Shown piece by piece: positions 1 through 8,190 of a stretch of 41,118 nt of DNA. Each line of letters opens with the position of its first letter. The first letter of the stretch is position 1. The DNA is taken from positions 1-41,118 of IMG/VR virus record IMGVR_UViG_3300012362_000001. One strand, 5' to 3'. The translations under genes were made by a program, and so were the position numbers. This DNA comes from a virus. Below the pieces are notes generated by a model. The model was not told the origin of the DNA. It was given only the letters and a program-made list of their open reading frames with translations, and did not search any database.

Positions 1-123
1 CTTCTCTGCACTCTTCTCTCTTATCCACAGATCAGAATAAAGAGAAGAGTAGCTTGAACGCTTCAAAGCAACCGATTCAAGCCGCGCTTCAAATTGGGCT
101 TGCGCCCGTTAAAACGCCAGAAA
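1..123. repeat. Terminal direct repeat, left copy (identical to 40996..41118)
   Basis: Base-by-base comparison: 1..123 equals 40996..41118 with no mismatch. This implies a 40,995-bp circular or terminally redundant unit. Confidence 0.95.
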
Positions 124-302
124 AGAAACCGAGGAGCGGCCCGCTCATGAACGAGGAATCTGTCGAACGCTTCAAGGCCAACCCAGCTTACTCTGGCATC
201 GACGTCGACAAAGAGACTTGGAAGTTCGGCGAATGGTGTCGCACCAATGGCAAGCTCGAAACTGTCAGGAGATTCACCAATTGGCTAAACCGCGTCGCGT
301 AA
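3..302 (+). CDS. C-terminal part of a replication-initiator-like protein (continues from 40533 across the junction)
   Basis: The frame is open from base 3 and in phase with the ORF starting at 40533 once the 123-bp overlap is collapsed. That gives 254 aa in total. The track ORF 54..302 is only its TTG-started tail. The C-terminus reads ...GIDVDKETWKFGEWCRTNGKLETVRRFTNWLNRVA. Confidence 0.7.
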   Translation, partial: SLHSSLLSTDQNKEKSSLNASKQPIQAALQIGLAPVKTPEKKPRSGPLMNEESVERFKANPAYSGIDVDKETWKFGEWCRTNGKLETVRRFTNWLNRVA

Positions 303-337
303 CGTTCGATCTTTCCAGTGACGGCTTCACTGGCGAG

Positions 338-556
338 GTGCAGGACATAGACTGCTGGGCTTGTGGCCACCAAATGCTGAGCAAAGAATATTCTTTCTCT
401 GGCGTAAAACTCTGGACAACGATCCACGACACCGATCGTTGCCGGGAATTGGCTCGCCATATCAGTAACGGGTGCGCTGGCAGAATGGGTGACGCGTTCA
501 AGCACAAGCAGAAGCCAAAGGCGAAATCGAAGTATTCGCAGGCAGCGGACCCTTGA
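338..556 (+). CDS. Hypothetical small Cys/His-containing basic protein (start uncertain)
   Basis: 3' part of track ORF 218..556. The 5' part overlaps the preceding gene, so I take GTG 338 (alternative ATG 374). It contains CWACGH...DRC...GC and a Lys-rich tail. No clear RBS. Confidence 0.3.
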   Translation: MQDIDCWACGHQMLSKEYSFSGVKLWTTIHDTDRCRELARHISNGCAGRMGDAFKHKQKPKAKSKYSQAADP

Positions 557-697
557 GACATGGCCAGCAGTCGCGCACATTTTCGATTGTGGCGCATTTG
601 ATGTAAAAGAGGATGCATCTACCAGCAAGCGGGGTGCAACCTCCTATAAACGAAAAGCAAACGTTTGCGTCAGTTACTAAAGTAAAAGGAAGAAATA

Positions 698-900
698 TGA
701 CAAATAAGTACTTAGCGAACTTGATCAATGCAGCCCCGTACGTCGATAAGTGCGTGGCTTATCACGGGTTCGCGTCGCGTTCCCACATGGTCCGCCTGTG
801 CTACGACGCTCTTGATCGCATCATGAAGGACGGTGGCCGGATCAAATGGCCACCAGAATTCGTAATGTCGCTTGACCCTGAGAGGAAGGAATCCAAATGA
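698..900 (+). CDS. Hypothetical protein (67 aa)
   Basis: Internal ATG of track ORF 613..900, preceded by AAAGGAAG (an SD-like site). The stop overlaps the next start (ATGA). Confidence 0.6.
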
Positions 901-1406
901 GCCGCATGTTTATAGCTCTTGGTTTTCTCTGGGCATTGGATGCAAACGCCGGGGATCTCAGCACGACGATCCATTTCCTTAACCAATGGCACCCGAGCGA
1001 CGGCGTGGTCCACATGGAAGCGATCACCAACACCACCGGCGCAAGCTGGTACATCAAATTCATTGGTGTATCGTTCGTGTCTTCCCCCTCTGATGCAAGT
1101 ACCGGGAACCTGTTTGCAGGCATTGAGAGAGATTCAATTCCGGCGCGGCCAGAATACATTCAGCAACAAACTCCAGCTGTTATCGCCGCGGAAGTCCATG
1201 GCACGATTCAAGACACAAACCGGGATTGGTTATTCTATTCGAACGAACTCGTAAGCGCGCCATTTCACTTCCAGCACGAGAAATTCTATTCGCCTGATTA
1301 TTTCCTGGTGAACCCCGGTGAGTCAATCGAGCTTTGCGTGTCGGTTTACGGATTCAGTGGCCCAGTCAATGTTGCCGCTTACTTAGCGTACACGTCTACA
1401 CCGTGA
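897..1406 (+). CDS. Hypothetical secreted protein (169 aa)
   Basis: ATGA-coupled start. The N-terminus MSRMFIALGFLWALDANA looks like a signal peptide, and the remainder has beta-rich composition. Confidence 0.7.
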   Translation: MSRMFIALGFLWALDANAGDLSTTIHFLNQWHPSDGVVHMEAITNTTGASWYIKFIGVSFVSSPSDASTGNLFAGIERDSIPARPEYIQQQTPAVIAAEVHGTIQDTNRDWLFYSNELVSAPFHFQHEKFYSPDYFLVNPGESIELCVSVYGFSGPVNVAAYLAYTSTP

Positions 1407-1534
1407 GAACGCACAAAAACTGTTCGACTTGTAAGCTTCTGCTGCAACTCAGCCGTTTTTACTTCGGACAAAATGTGTGCAAAACCTGTTCTAAAAAGTA
1501 TCAAGCAGAGTATCGGAAGCTAGGCAGAAAGTAG
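1403..1534 (+). CDS. Hypothetical small zinc-ribbon-like protein (43 aa)
   Basis: GTG start overlaps the upstream stop (GTGA). Two CxxC pairs are present (CSTC ... CKTC). The 5' part of track ORF 1334..1534 overlaps the previous gene and is discarded. Confidence 0.4.
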   Translation: MRTHKNCSTCKLLLQLSRFYFGQNVCKTCSKKYQAEYRKLGRK

Positions 1535-1611
1535 CTCTCGATCAAAATGTTCTTGACTTCGCCCACACTTTCCGAAGACATTGTGGTGCAACCGACACCA
1601 AACGACGTCTA

Positions 1612-1935
1612 ATGTCATCAGATCTTAACGCTTGGGGTTTGTCCCCGGAAGTGATGAAAGATATCACGCCAGAACAGCGTGACCTAATCCTGTCGCTGCT
1701 GAACCGAATCGCGAACGAAGGGCGTAATTGGGAACGCTTTAAGTGGCTGCTTCAGGTCATTCTTCCGTCTCGGTTCGAGGGGATTGGGGAAAGTGCGCGC
1801 TCGTCTGGTGTCACGGTCAATAACACGATCAAGTTCACGGTAGAAGAGCACGCGGTGATCCAGGAACGTGCTAAACGGCTCTCAGATCGAGCTGATCTTT
1901 TACTCGAACAAACAACGAACGGAGAACCACAATGA
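1612..1935 (+). CDS. Hypothetical protein (107 aa)
   Basis: Clean ATG ORF after a 77-nt gap, with ordinary globular composition. The stop overlaps the next ATG. Confidence 0.7.
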   Translation: MSSDLNAWGLSPEVMKDITPEQRDLILSLLNRIANEGRNWERFKWLLQVILPSRFEGIGESARSSGVTVNNTIKFTVEEHAVIQERAKRLSDRADLLLEQTTNGEPQ

Positions 1936-2081
1936 AACTAGCAATTGCATCTTTTATCTTATCAGCGCTCGCGGTTATCGTCGCGTTTTCGTCATGCGCG
2001 TTACCGTTTAAAGACGGGGCAACTAAACACCAGTCGCACCGCGTAGCTTTCTTGTTCCCGCCTCCACCAATGATCGGGTGA
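1932..2081 (+). CDS. Putative small lipoprotein (49 aa)
   Basis: Below the track size cutoff. ATGA-coupled. MKLAIASFILSALAVIVAFSSC has a hydrophobic h-region ending in a lipobox-like FSS-C. The mature part has a PPPP tract. Confidence 0.4.
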   Translation: MKLAIASFILSALAVIVAFSSCALPFKDGATKHQSHRVAFLFPPPPMIG

Positions 2082-2082
2082 C

Positions 2083-2340
2083 ATGGGTAGGCCAGGCATG
2101 ATCGGTGGCAGCTTCAAGGGCCAGAAACGTAAGTCATGGCGCCCCACCGACGGGCATACTCGTCGACGGACAGTCGAGCATGAGATGCGTCTGGCGGCAG
2201 TCGTGAGCGCAGCTTGTGACCGGTGGTTAGCGATGAACGAGAAAGACCATGCCGAGCGACGCGCGTACTGGGATCGCACTAATCATAACACGGCTGCACC
2301 TAATCCACACTGGGGTGTAACGAATCTAAATCGAACGTGA
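2083..2340 (+). CDS. Hypothetical basic protein (85 aa)
   Basis: This is the only plausible frame across the interval. It starts 1 nt after the previous stop, and the antisense ORF 2001..2279 looks compositionally spurious. Confidence 0.5.
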   Translation: MGRPGMIGGSFKGQKRKSWRPTDGHTRRRTVEHEMRLAAVVSAACDRWLAMNEKDHAERRAYWDRTNHNTAAPNPHWGVTNLNRT

Positions 2341-2364
2341 ATAAACGAACGTTTACGCACCACG

Positions 2365-2550
2365 ATGAGCACAGAACTGAAGCCAATTAATTGGGCGCTA
2401 TTGCCGATTGGGCAATGCTCTAAACTGCGGACAGAATTAGAGCGCAACGCCGACGAGCGATACGGCCAATTGAAAAAGGATGCAGGATACGTCCCTAAGA
2501 CTTCGGCTGGTGGCAGGCTCGCGACATGGTGTGATCGGCGGCAGTTTTAA
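2365..2550 (+). CDS. Hypothetical protein (61 aa) immediately upstream of the large terminase
   Basis: ATG ORF ending 2 nt before the terL start. The position would suit a small terminase, but there is no recognisable motif and it is short. Confidence 0.55.
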   Translation: MSTELKPINWALLPIGQCSKLRTELERNADERYGQLKKDAGYVPKTSAGGRLATWCDRRQF

Positions 2551-2552
2551 AA

Positions 2553-3995
2553 ATGGAACGCGAGCCGTCTAACGTCTTAGAGCTCGCCGCAGCGCTCGGT
2601 ATAAGCCTGTACGGCTGGCAGGAAGAAATCCTGTTCACGATTGAACGGGCGGCCAGCCAAACACGCCGTAAGCTGGCCGTACGCGCACCAAACGGCGTCG
2701 GCAAGACTCAGCGCATCATAGCGATATCGGTCATTAGGTGGCTTCAACGGTTCGCGAAGGGAAAGGTGGTTATCACGTCCCATGACCAACGCCAAATTGC
2801 ACACCAGCTTTGGCCAGCGCTACTCGCATTTCAGCAACATTTCCCATCCTGGGAATATCGAAACGCAGATGGTAGACAAACTATTACAACCCCAACCGGA
2901 GGACGTCTGCTCGCTTACACGACTTCGGACCCGGGGCGGGCCGAGGGCTTCCATAGCGACACTGATTCGCCGTTGCTCATTATCGTCGATGAAGCGAAGA
3001 GCATCGAGGCGAATATTATCAAGGCGATTGATCGCTGCTCCTACAACGTCCTATTATACATTAGCTCGCCTGGCTGGATGGAAGGTCCGTTTTACGATGC
3101 ATTCTCGAAACCGGGATTTATCCAGTTCCACGCTGGTCTCGCGGACTGCCCACATAAATCGAAGGAGCAGATTGAGGATATTAAGCGCACCTACGAAGGT
3201 GATCAATCCTTCATCGATTCAACCTTGCACGGCGAATTCATGCGACACCCGGATGGAGTGCAGTACGTCCTCGACCTGGTGGACGCTGATGGGGCCCAGC
3301 AAGCGCACATAGACAAGATCTACGGTGCACGCGTCGCAGGCGTTGACGTCGCTGCCGGGCGCTGCCAGAACGTAATTTGTAAACGGAACGGGAACCATGT
3401 CGAACGAATTCAAGCCTGGCGTGAGAAAGACACAAACGCTGCGGTTGGACGGTTTGTGCGGCTGTTCAATGATCTGGCTCTTAAGCCCGGGGACATCTGG
3501 CTGGACGTGGACGGGCTTGGCATCGGGTTCTACAACGACTTCGCAGCCGTGCAATGGCGCGTCTGCCAGTACCGCGGCGGGGGTAAATCTCCGCATCCCC
3601 GTTACGCGGATCTGAACTCGTACTGCTGGCATTCGACTGCGGACAAGATCAGGAAGCATCAGATCATCCTGCCGGACAACGCTATCCTCAAAGCGCAGCT
3701 GTGTGCGCGCAGGGTGCGCTACAAACCAGATGGCCGCCTCTGGCTTGAGAGCAAAGAGGACATGGCTGGGCGCGGGGTTGAGTCGCCGGATGTCGCGGAC
3801 GCGTTCTGCATCGCGTTCGGTGTCCAGCCTGCACAATCAACTTCGTGGGTTGAGCAAGAGAGCCGGTTTGCGGAAATAGCTAAACAACACGGCTGGCAAT
3901 ACAACCAGAGCGATGACCCTGATGAACCACGGACCCCAGGCGGGTACCAGGAAAGCACGGCTCTAGGGTCGATGGGTGTGCACAGTGAATGGTGA
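2553..3995 (+). CDS. terL: Terminase large subunit
   Basis: 480 aa. Walker A-like RAPNGVGKTQ and Walker B-like LLIIVDEAKS. The C-terminal RNase-H-like nuclease has acidic motifs VAGVDVAAG, WLDVDGLGIGF and SPDVADAF. Confidence 0.92.
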   Translation: MEREPSNVLELAAALGISLYGWQEEILFTIERAASQTRRKLAVRAPNGVGKTQRIIAISVIRWLQRFAKGKVVITSHDQRQIAHQLWPALLAFQQHFPSWEYRNADGRQTITTPTGGRLLAYTTSDPGRAEGFHSDTDSPLLIIVDEAKSIEANIIKAIDRCSYNVLLYISSPGWMEGPFYDAFSKPGFIQFHAGLADCPHKSKEQIEDIKRTYEGDQSFIDSTLHGEFMRHPDGVQYVLDLVDADGAQQAHIDKIYGARVAGVDVAAGRCQNVICKRNGNHVERIQAWREKDTNAAVGRFVRLFNDLALKPGDIWLDVDGLGIGFYNDFAAVQWRVCQYRGGGKSPHPRYADLNSYCWHSTADKIRKHQIILPDNAILKAQLCARRVRYKPDGRLWLESKEDMAGRGVESPDVADAFCIAFGVQPAQSTSWVEQESRFAEIAKQHGWQYNQSDDPDEPRTPGGYQESTALGSMGVHSEW

Positions 3996-4109
3996 AATCT
4001 ATGATGGGCCAATGTTCGAGGTCGAAAACCTACCTTACATGGTAGCGCCAATCTCACTTAGTCAATGTTTGTATGTATGGGAGAGAAACGTTTTTAAAAA
4101 GGTACTTAT

Positions 4110-4817
4110 ATGGCGCTGCTTTTAAACGGATCAACTGATTATCTAACGTTGTCATCGGCTTTACTGCCAAGTCTCGCAGCTACGCCGTTTACGTTCGCTT
4201 GCTGGGTAAAGCTCGCCTCTCTACCAGGCACAGCTCAAGCGATGATGTCACTATCTAAAACTGCAGGAGCAGTGAACATTTTTCAGGAACTTTACTGGGA
4301 TAACGCCAATAGCAAACTAACTGCAAGCGCATTTGATGGTACAACCTCAGGCCCCGCTGCTTCAACGGCAACGATAGCAGATACAACGTCCTGGCATCAT
4401 TGTTGCGGTGTGTTCACTAGTTCATCGAGCCGCGCGGTCTACCTTGACGGCGCCGCTGTATCAAGCGCCGTAGCCGTGGTTACCAGCGCAACTGTGCTAG
4501 GTTTGGGCGTTTCTTTCGCGGGTACTGCAACACCGATAAGCTTGATGAACGGCTCCATAGCGTTGCCATGTATTTGGAACATTGCGCTCACTCAGTCAGA
4601 TGTTAGCGCTCTTATTGGTGGCGGACCCGGAGGTAGAGGAACTGACCCGCGTAATATTCAGCCAAATGCTGTCATCTCATTTTCGCCATTAAAAGCAGCT
4701 CCATATATGGATATAGTGTCTGGATACAAGTGGACTGTCGCCGGAAGCCCTGCCCAGGTAGCTGATCCGTTCAACATTTTACATCAACCAATTACTCACG
4801 GAGGACTTGCCGAATAA
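4110..4817 (+). CDS. LamG / concanavalin-A-like lectin-fold protein
   Basis: 235 aa. LNGSTDYLTL...FTFACWVKL...WHHCCGVF...RAVYLDG matches the Laminin_G_3 jelly-roll pattern (recalled from the family consensus). Confidence 0.75.
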   Translation: MALLLNGSTDYLTLSSALLPSLAATPFTFACWVKLASLPGTAQAMMSLSKTAGAVNIFQELYWDNANSKLTASAFDGTTSGPAASTATIADTTSWHHCCGVFTSSSSRAVYLDGAAVSSAVAVVTSATVLGLGVSFAGTATPISLMNGSIALPCIWNIALTQSDVSALIGGGPGGRGTDPRNIQPNAVISFSPLKAAPYMDIVSGYKWTVAGSPAQVADPFNILHQPITHGGLAE

Positions 4818-4819
4818 TT

Positions 4820-5698
4820 ATGAACCGATTCCTATTATCTTTATTGCTCCTCATCGGGGTGCAACTGGCAAGCGCTGGGCCACCGTCGGGATACAAGCTC
4901 GTATTCCAATCTAACTTCAACGGCAGAGGCGGCAACTCAGGCGGTTGGTTGCCGCTTTCAGAGTGGGGGCCACTGCAAAACTATACATTAGGCAGCGAGC
5001 TCTGGAACCCGGAATTCATTGACCATTACCCAGATCGCCGGGATAACAGCCATTCGACTTTCTCTTCAACAACGGCAAGCCAAGGCTACGGCAAAATGAC
5101 GTGGACCCCGTATCATGCCAATAACGCGTGGTACACAGGTGCAATTGCGACTGTCGACCCGAACGGGACCGGGTTTCACACGCGCCCGCCGTTCTTCGTG
5201 GTGACTTACATGTCGATGCCGCTTGGCAGCTGGGCGTGGACATCAAGCTGGGGGACAACGATGAACAGGCTGCAACCAAACCAGAGCACCAACTCAGCAG
5301 AGATCGATTGGCCGGAACGCTGGAACAGCGAACCGAACCGGCCGATGCCATCTCTGATCTCTGAGTTCCACGCCAACACGCGCACACCGAGCGGCGCGGA
5401 TATCACGAGTTCACCAGCGTTCATTTATGATCCTGGGATGGCGTCGCAGTACGGCGAATTCTACAGCTTGCTGGTCGACCCGGTAACCGGGGTGCACGCG
5501 TACCTGGAATCGGCAACATGGGATGGGCACCCGGCGGGCGATTTCAGGGAAGTGTTCCATTGTCCGTTCCAGGCAGCCATGAACCAAGACTGGTATTTCC
5601 TGGTCGATTACGCCCTAGATGACCGGACCTGGACCGGGCAAGGTTGGACTGACCCAAAACCGATGTGGGTCAAAGCCTTCAATATCTGGAAGCCATGA
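4820..5698 (+). CDS. Secreted glycoside hydrolase family 16-like protein
   Basis: 292 aa with signal peptide MNRFLLSLLLLIGVQLASA. GH16-like landmarks are YKLVFQSNFNG, ELWNPEF, WYTGAIATV...MPLGSWAWTSSWG and the ExDxxE-type motif SAEIDWPE. Confidence 0.7.
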   Translation: MNRFLLSLLLLIGVQLASAGPPSGYKLVFQSNFNGRGGNSGGWLPLSEWGPLQNYTLGSELWNPEFIDHYPDRRDNSHSTFSSTTASQGYGKMTWTPYHANNAWYTGAIATVDPNGTGFHTRPPFFVVTYMSMPLGSWAWTSSWGTTMNRLQPNQSTNSAEIDWPERWNSEPNRPMPSLISEFHANTRTPSGADITSSPAFIYDPGMASQYGEFYSLLVDPVTGVHAYLESATWDGHPAGDFREVFHCPFQAAMNQDWYFLVDYALDDRTWTGQGWTDPKPMWVKAFNIWKP

Positions 5699-5865
5699 GC
5701 AGGAGAATTGAACTTGATTTTTTTATACAGAGCGAAGAGGGCGGTTTCGCTGCCTGCTGCTTCTCTCATGGCATTTTTACGCAGGGACAAAACGAGGACG
5801 ATTTACAGGGAAACATCCAAGATGCCGTTCGTCTTCACTTCGATGATTTCGAGGGGGACCAATGA
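5695..5865 (+). CDS. HicB-like / UPF0150-family small protein (56 aa)
   Basis: ATGA-coupled internal ATG of track ORF 5665..5865. IELDFFIQSEEGGFAACCFSHGIFTQGQNEDDLQGNIQDAVRLHF fits the HicB N-terminal (UPF0150) pattern. No HicA-like partner is adjacent. Confidence 0.55.
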   Translation: MSRRIELDFFIQSEEGGFAACCFSHGIFTQGQNEDDLQGNIQDAVRLHFDDFEGDQ

Positions 5866-6650
5866 ATAAATTATCTTGCGTACTTCTGCTGTTGCTAGCG
5901 CACATTGCGAATGCGCAAACGATCACAATTGGTGAAACTAATATCTTGCCAGTAGCGGACGGCGGAAACGGCAACCTGCTTTTAGTACAAGACGTTACAT
6001 TAAGCCGAACCGCCACGATTGGCAGCATTTCGTTCTATGTACGTACCGCAGGCGGCCACGTAAGGCTCGGGCTCTATGACGCGAGCGGCGCTAGCGGCGC
6101 AGCCGGTAAACTGCTTACCCAGAGCGCTGATACTGCGGTAACTGCCACGGGCTGGTTAACGTTACCTGTGCCTCCAGTATCGCTTACCCCTGGAATGTAT
6201 TGGCTCGCTTATTTTCCAAGCAGCGACGCTCTTGGGTTCTGGGTTGAAAACGCGAGCGGCCAAGCGCTCTTCGTTTCTTTGCCGTACGGTTCAATGCCGT
6301 CTGCTTTTCCTGGCTCGCCTATCGATACCACGGCGCACTGGAGTATGTACGCGACTTTGCAGGTCACACCTACGCCAACCCCTACACCCACGCCAACCCC
6401 GAGGCCGAGTCCTACACCTGGGCAAGTTGTGATTTCTTGGGCGCCTCCATCCACAGCTACAGGAAACAAGATTTTATACGGTACGACCCAAGGCGGGCCG
6501 TACCCGAACGTTGTAGATATCGGGCTTCACTACACGTACACGTTAACGGGTCTCATCAGCGGTGTTCACTATTTCGCCGTGACCGAGTCCTACGACGTTA
6601 ACGGCTTAACCAGTTGTTACTCGCACGAAATCTCGTTCGTTGCGCCATGA
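5862..6650 (+). CDS. Secreted protein: N-terminal beta domain, (TP)n linker, C-terminal FN3-like domain
   Basis: 262 aa with signal peptide MNKLSCVLLLLLAHIANA, linker TPTPTPTPTPTPRPSPTP and an FN3-like tail (VVISWAPP...YTLTGLISGVHYFAVTESYD). Confidence 0.75.
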   Translation: MNKLSCVLLLLLAHIANAQTITIGETNILPVADGGNGNLLLVQDVTLSRTATIGSISFYVRTAGGHVRLGLYDASGASGAAGKLLTQSADTAVTATGWLTLPVPPVSLTPGMYWLAYFPSSDALGFWVENASGQALFVSLPYGSMPSAFPGSPIDTTAHWSMYATLQVTPTPTPTPTPTPRPSPTPGQVVISWAPPSTATGNKILYGTTQGGPYPNVVDIGLHYTYTLTGLISGVHYFAVTESYDVNGLTSCYSHEISFVAP

Positions 6651-6651
6651 A

Positions 6652-6954
6652 ATGAATGTCACATCTAGTAGTGGATGGATGCGCCCAATCTATTGGAAAC
6701 CCTGGTGGAACGGTGAACCCACCGTGCTAGCGTTCCTTAAAGCGACAAACGACGCGCTTGAATGGAATCAGGATACTAAGGAAACAACCAGGATCGGCTA
6801 CGGCGTGTACGCGCTTATCCGGCAAGCTGAAGCGTTTATGGATAGCTACAAACCTCCATGGCGCGATTGCCCTTGTGAAATATGTTGTGCAGCGCGAACA
6901 CTGCAGCAGAACATTGAACGGCTTCGGGAACTAATGCACGCAGAGAATGGATAA
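6652..6954 (+). CDS. Hypothetical protein (100 aa)
   Basis: First ATG of track ORF 6640..6954, just after the upstream stop. Contains CPCEICC. Confidence 0.6.
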   Translation: MNVTSSSGWMRPIYWKPWWNGEPTVLAFLKATNDALEWNQDTKETTRIGYGVYALIRQAEAFMDSYKPPWRDCPCEICCAARTLQQNIERLRELMHAENG

Positions 6955-7186
6955 GGAAACAAAACAATGCACGAAATGTCTAAAGATTCTTCCACTGGAC
7001 AGTTTCCGGCTTCGCATGGACAAAGGGAAGCTCCGTCTCCGGTCGCGCTGCCGGGAATGCCACAGGCTAGAGGTCAGGGAATCCCGGGTGCGCAAGCTGC
7101 GAGTGACGGGGAGCTGGGAACCGGTCCTGACCATGCAACAACTGGAGGATCTATGCAATACCCTGCGGGAGAACAAGGTCATTTAA
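6947..7186 (+). CDS. Zinc-ribbon protein (79 aa)
   Basis: KQCTKCLKILPLDSF...RSRCRECH has two CxxC pairs with typical spacing. I prefer it to the overlapping ORF 6967..7374, whose N-terminal half is G/P/A/Q-rich and looks out of frame. Confidence 0.6.
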   Translation: MDKETKQCTKCLKILPLDSFRLRMDKGKLRLRSRCRECHRLEVRESRVRKLRVTGSWEPVLTMQQLEDLCNTLRENKVI

Positions 7187-7230
7187 GAATCCGGCAGAAG
7201 TGGTACAGGTTCATTTATCGCTCGACAATA

Positions 7231-7374
7231 TTGATTGGTATACTGCCTAGGGTTCCAGACCAGTACCATTCGTTTAGCGAAGGGTATAATCCAGGTGGAT
7301 TTTGCAATTGGGATGTACGCGGACCTTTTGATAGTGAGGAAGAAGCGAAACAGGACGGATGCAAGGAAGGATAA
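7231..7374 (+). CDS. Possible small ORF (47 aa, TTG start)
   Basis: 3' part of track ORF 6967..7374 lying in an otherwise unassigned 190-nt gap. The tail ...GFCNWDVRGPFDSEEEAKQ looks protein-like. TTG 7231 is the only conventional start. Confidence 0.25.
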   Translation: MIGILPRVPDQYHSFSEGYNPGGFCNWDVRGPFDSEEEAKQDGCKEG

Positions 7375-7379
7375 TCAGT

Positions 7380-7574
7380 ATGACGTTTGACGAATTATTT
7401 AAAGGCACCGTTTTCAAAAGCAGAACTCTATGGATAGACGGCAAGCGCTATTACGATGTGACGCGCGTAGACGGAGGACGCTATTTGATTAAAGAATGTG
7501 TGCGGCGCGGCATGGCGACTGGAGACGAAGAGATCGCCAAACGGTGCCCGGATTTCGCGGAGCTGAAATCATGA
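7380..7574 (+). CDS. Hypothetical protein (64 aa)
   Basis: ATG preceded by AAGGAAGG at about 9 nt. It is an internal start of track ORF 7359..7574. Confidence 0.6.
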   Translation: MTFDELFKGTVFKSRTLWIDGKRYYDVTRVDGGRYLIKECVRRGMATGDEEIAKRCPDFAELKS

Positions 7575-7954
7575 ATACACGCTGCACATGGGGCTGTGAA
7601 TGCGATCGATGCGCTGCGGTGCGTCAACGATGGCACGAAGCCGTTACGCTGCCGTACGATCTGCTTTTGTTGCCTGCAAGCTCGGGCGCAGCGGCCAGGA
7701 TAGGGCAAAGCCTGTCACCGTGGAGCATGGAACGCCGTGCGATGCATCACGAATGCATCAGCGCTGAAGACGAACTACAAACCCTAATCAGAGTCGCAGA
7801 GCGCGATAACAAAGAAGCGTATGTGATTATCGAAGAAAAGCGCGTTCCAACTGGTTCACATTCTCCGAGTGAAGGAGTCTTGTTCTCAAGGATTAACCGG
7901 TTCGAAATCAGCATCCAGCAAAGCGATAACCTCCTCGAGGAAACAAACGAATGA
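7571..7954 (+). CDS. Hypothetical Cys-rich protein (127 aa)
   Basis: ATGA-coupled internal ATG of track ORF 7496..7954. The N-terminus is MNTRCTWGCECDRCAAV. Confidence 0.6.
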   Translation: MNTRCTWGCECDRCAAVRQRWHEAVTLPYDLLLLPASSGAAARIGQSLSPWSMERRAMHHECISAEDELQTLIRVAERDNKEAYVIIEEKRVPTGSHSPSEGVLFSRINRFEISIQQSDNLLEETNE

Positions 7955-8190
7955 AATCAGATCCTTTCCACGGCGAATGGGTTAACCTTTATGACGAAGC
8001 AATAAAGCAGGGCGTCGAGTTCACGTTTTCGCTACGTAGCGTCCCAGATGATTGGAGTGAAGAGATTCGGATCACCGATATCGTGAACAGGGAAGTCTAT
8101 ATCGCCACAGCAGGCGTTATTTACGACAGCTTGATTGCTGGACTTGAAGCCAAAAGACAGAAACTGAAAGAAAAACTAAATGCAAATTGA
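7951..8190 (+). CDS. Hypothetical protein (79 aa)
   Basis: ATGA-coupled ORF with ordinary composition. Confidence 0.65.
   Translation: MKSDPFHGEWVNLYDEAIKQGVEFTFSLRSVPDDWSEEIRITDIVNREVYIATAGVIYDSLIAGLEAKRQKLKEKLNAN

Noticed and set aside
188-628. Antisense ORFs 188..628 and 274..618 on the minus strand
   Set aside because: They lie opposite sense-strand ORFs in a uniformly + strand arm and have Cys/Arg/Ser-rich composition typical of antisense frames. They show no start-site coupling.
1553-1582. TTGACT plus a weak -10 (GACATT) upstream of gene 1612
   Set aside because: The -35 is good, but the -10 matches only 3 of 6 positions at 18-nt spacing. That is too weak to report as a promoter.
2782-3836. 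ORFs 2782..3312 (+) and 3219..3836 (-) inside the terminase gene
   Set aside because: They are fully embedded in the terL ORF, which carries clear Walker and nuclease motifs. They are alternative-frame or antisense artefacts.
6367-6420. Short-period nucleotide repeat (ACNCCN)n
   Set aside because: It encodes the TPTPTPTPTPTPRPSPTP inter-domain linker of the secreted FN3 protein. It is not a CRISPR array or a regulatory tandem repeat.
6967-7374. 135-aa ORF overlapping the zinc-ribbon gene
   Set aside because: Its N-terminal two-thirds is G/P/A/Q-rich sequence shadowing the better CxxC...CxxC ORF 6947..7186. I keep only its 3' end (7231..7374) as a low-confidence ORF.
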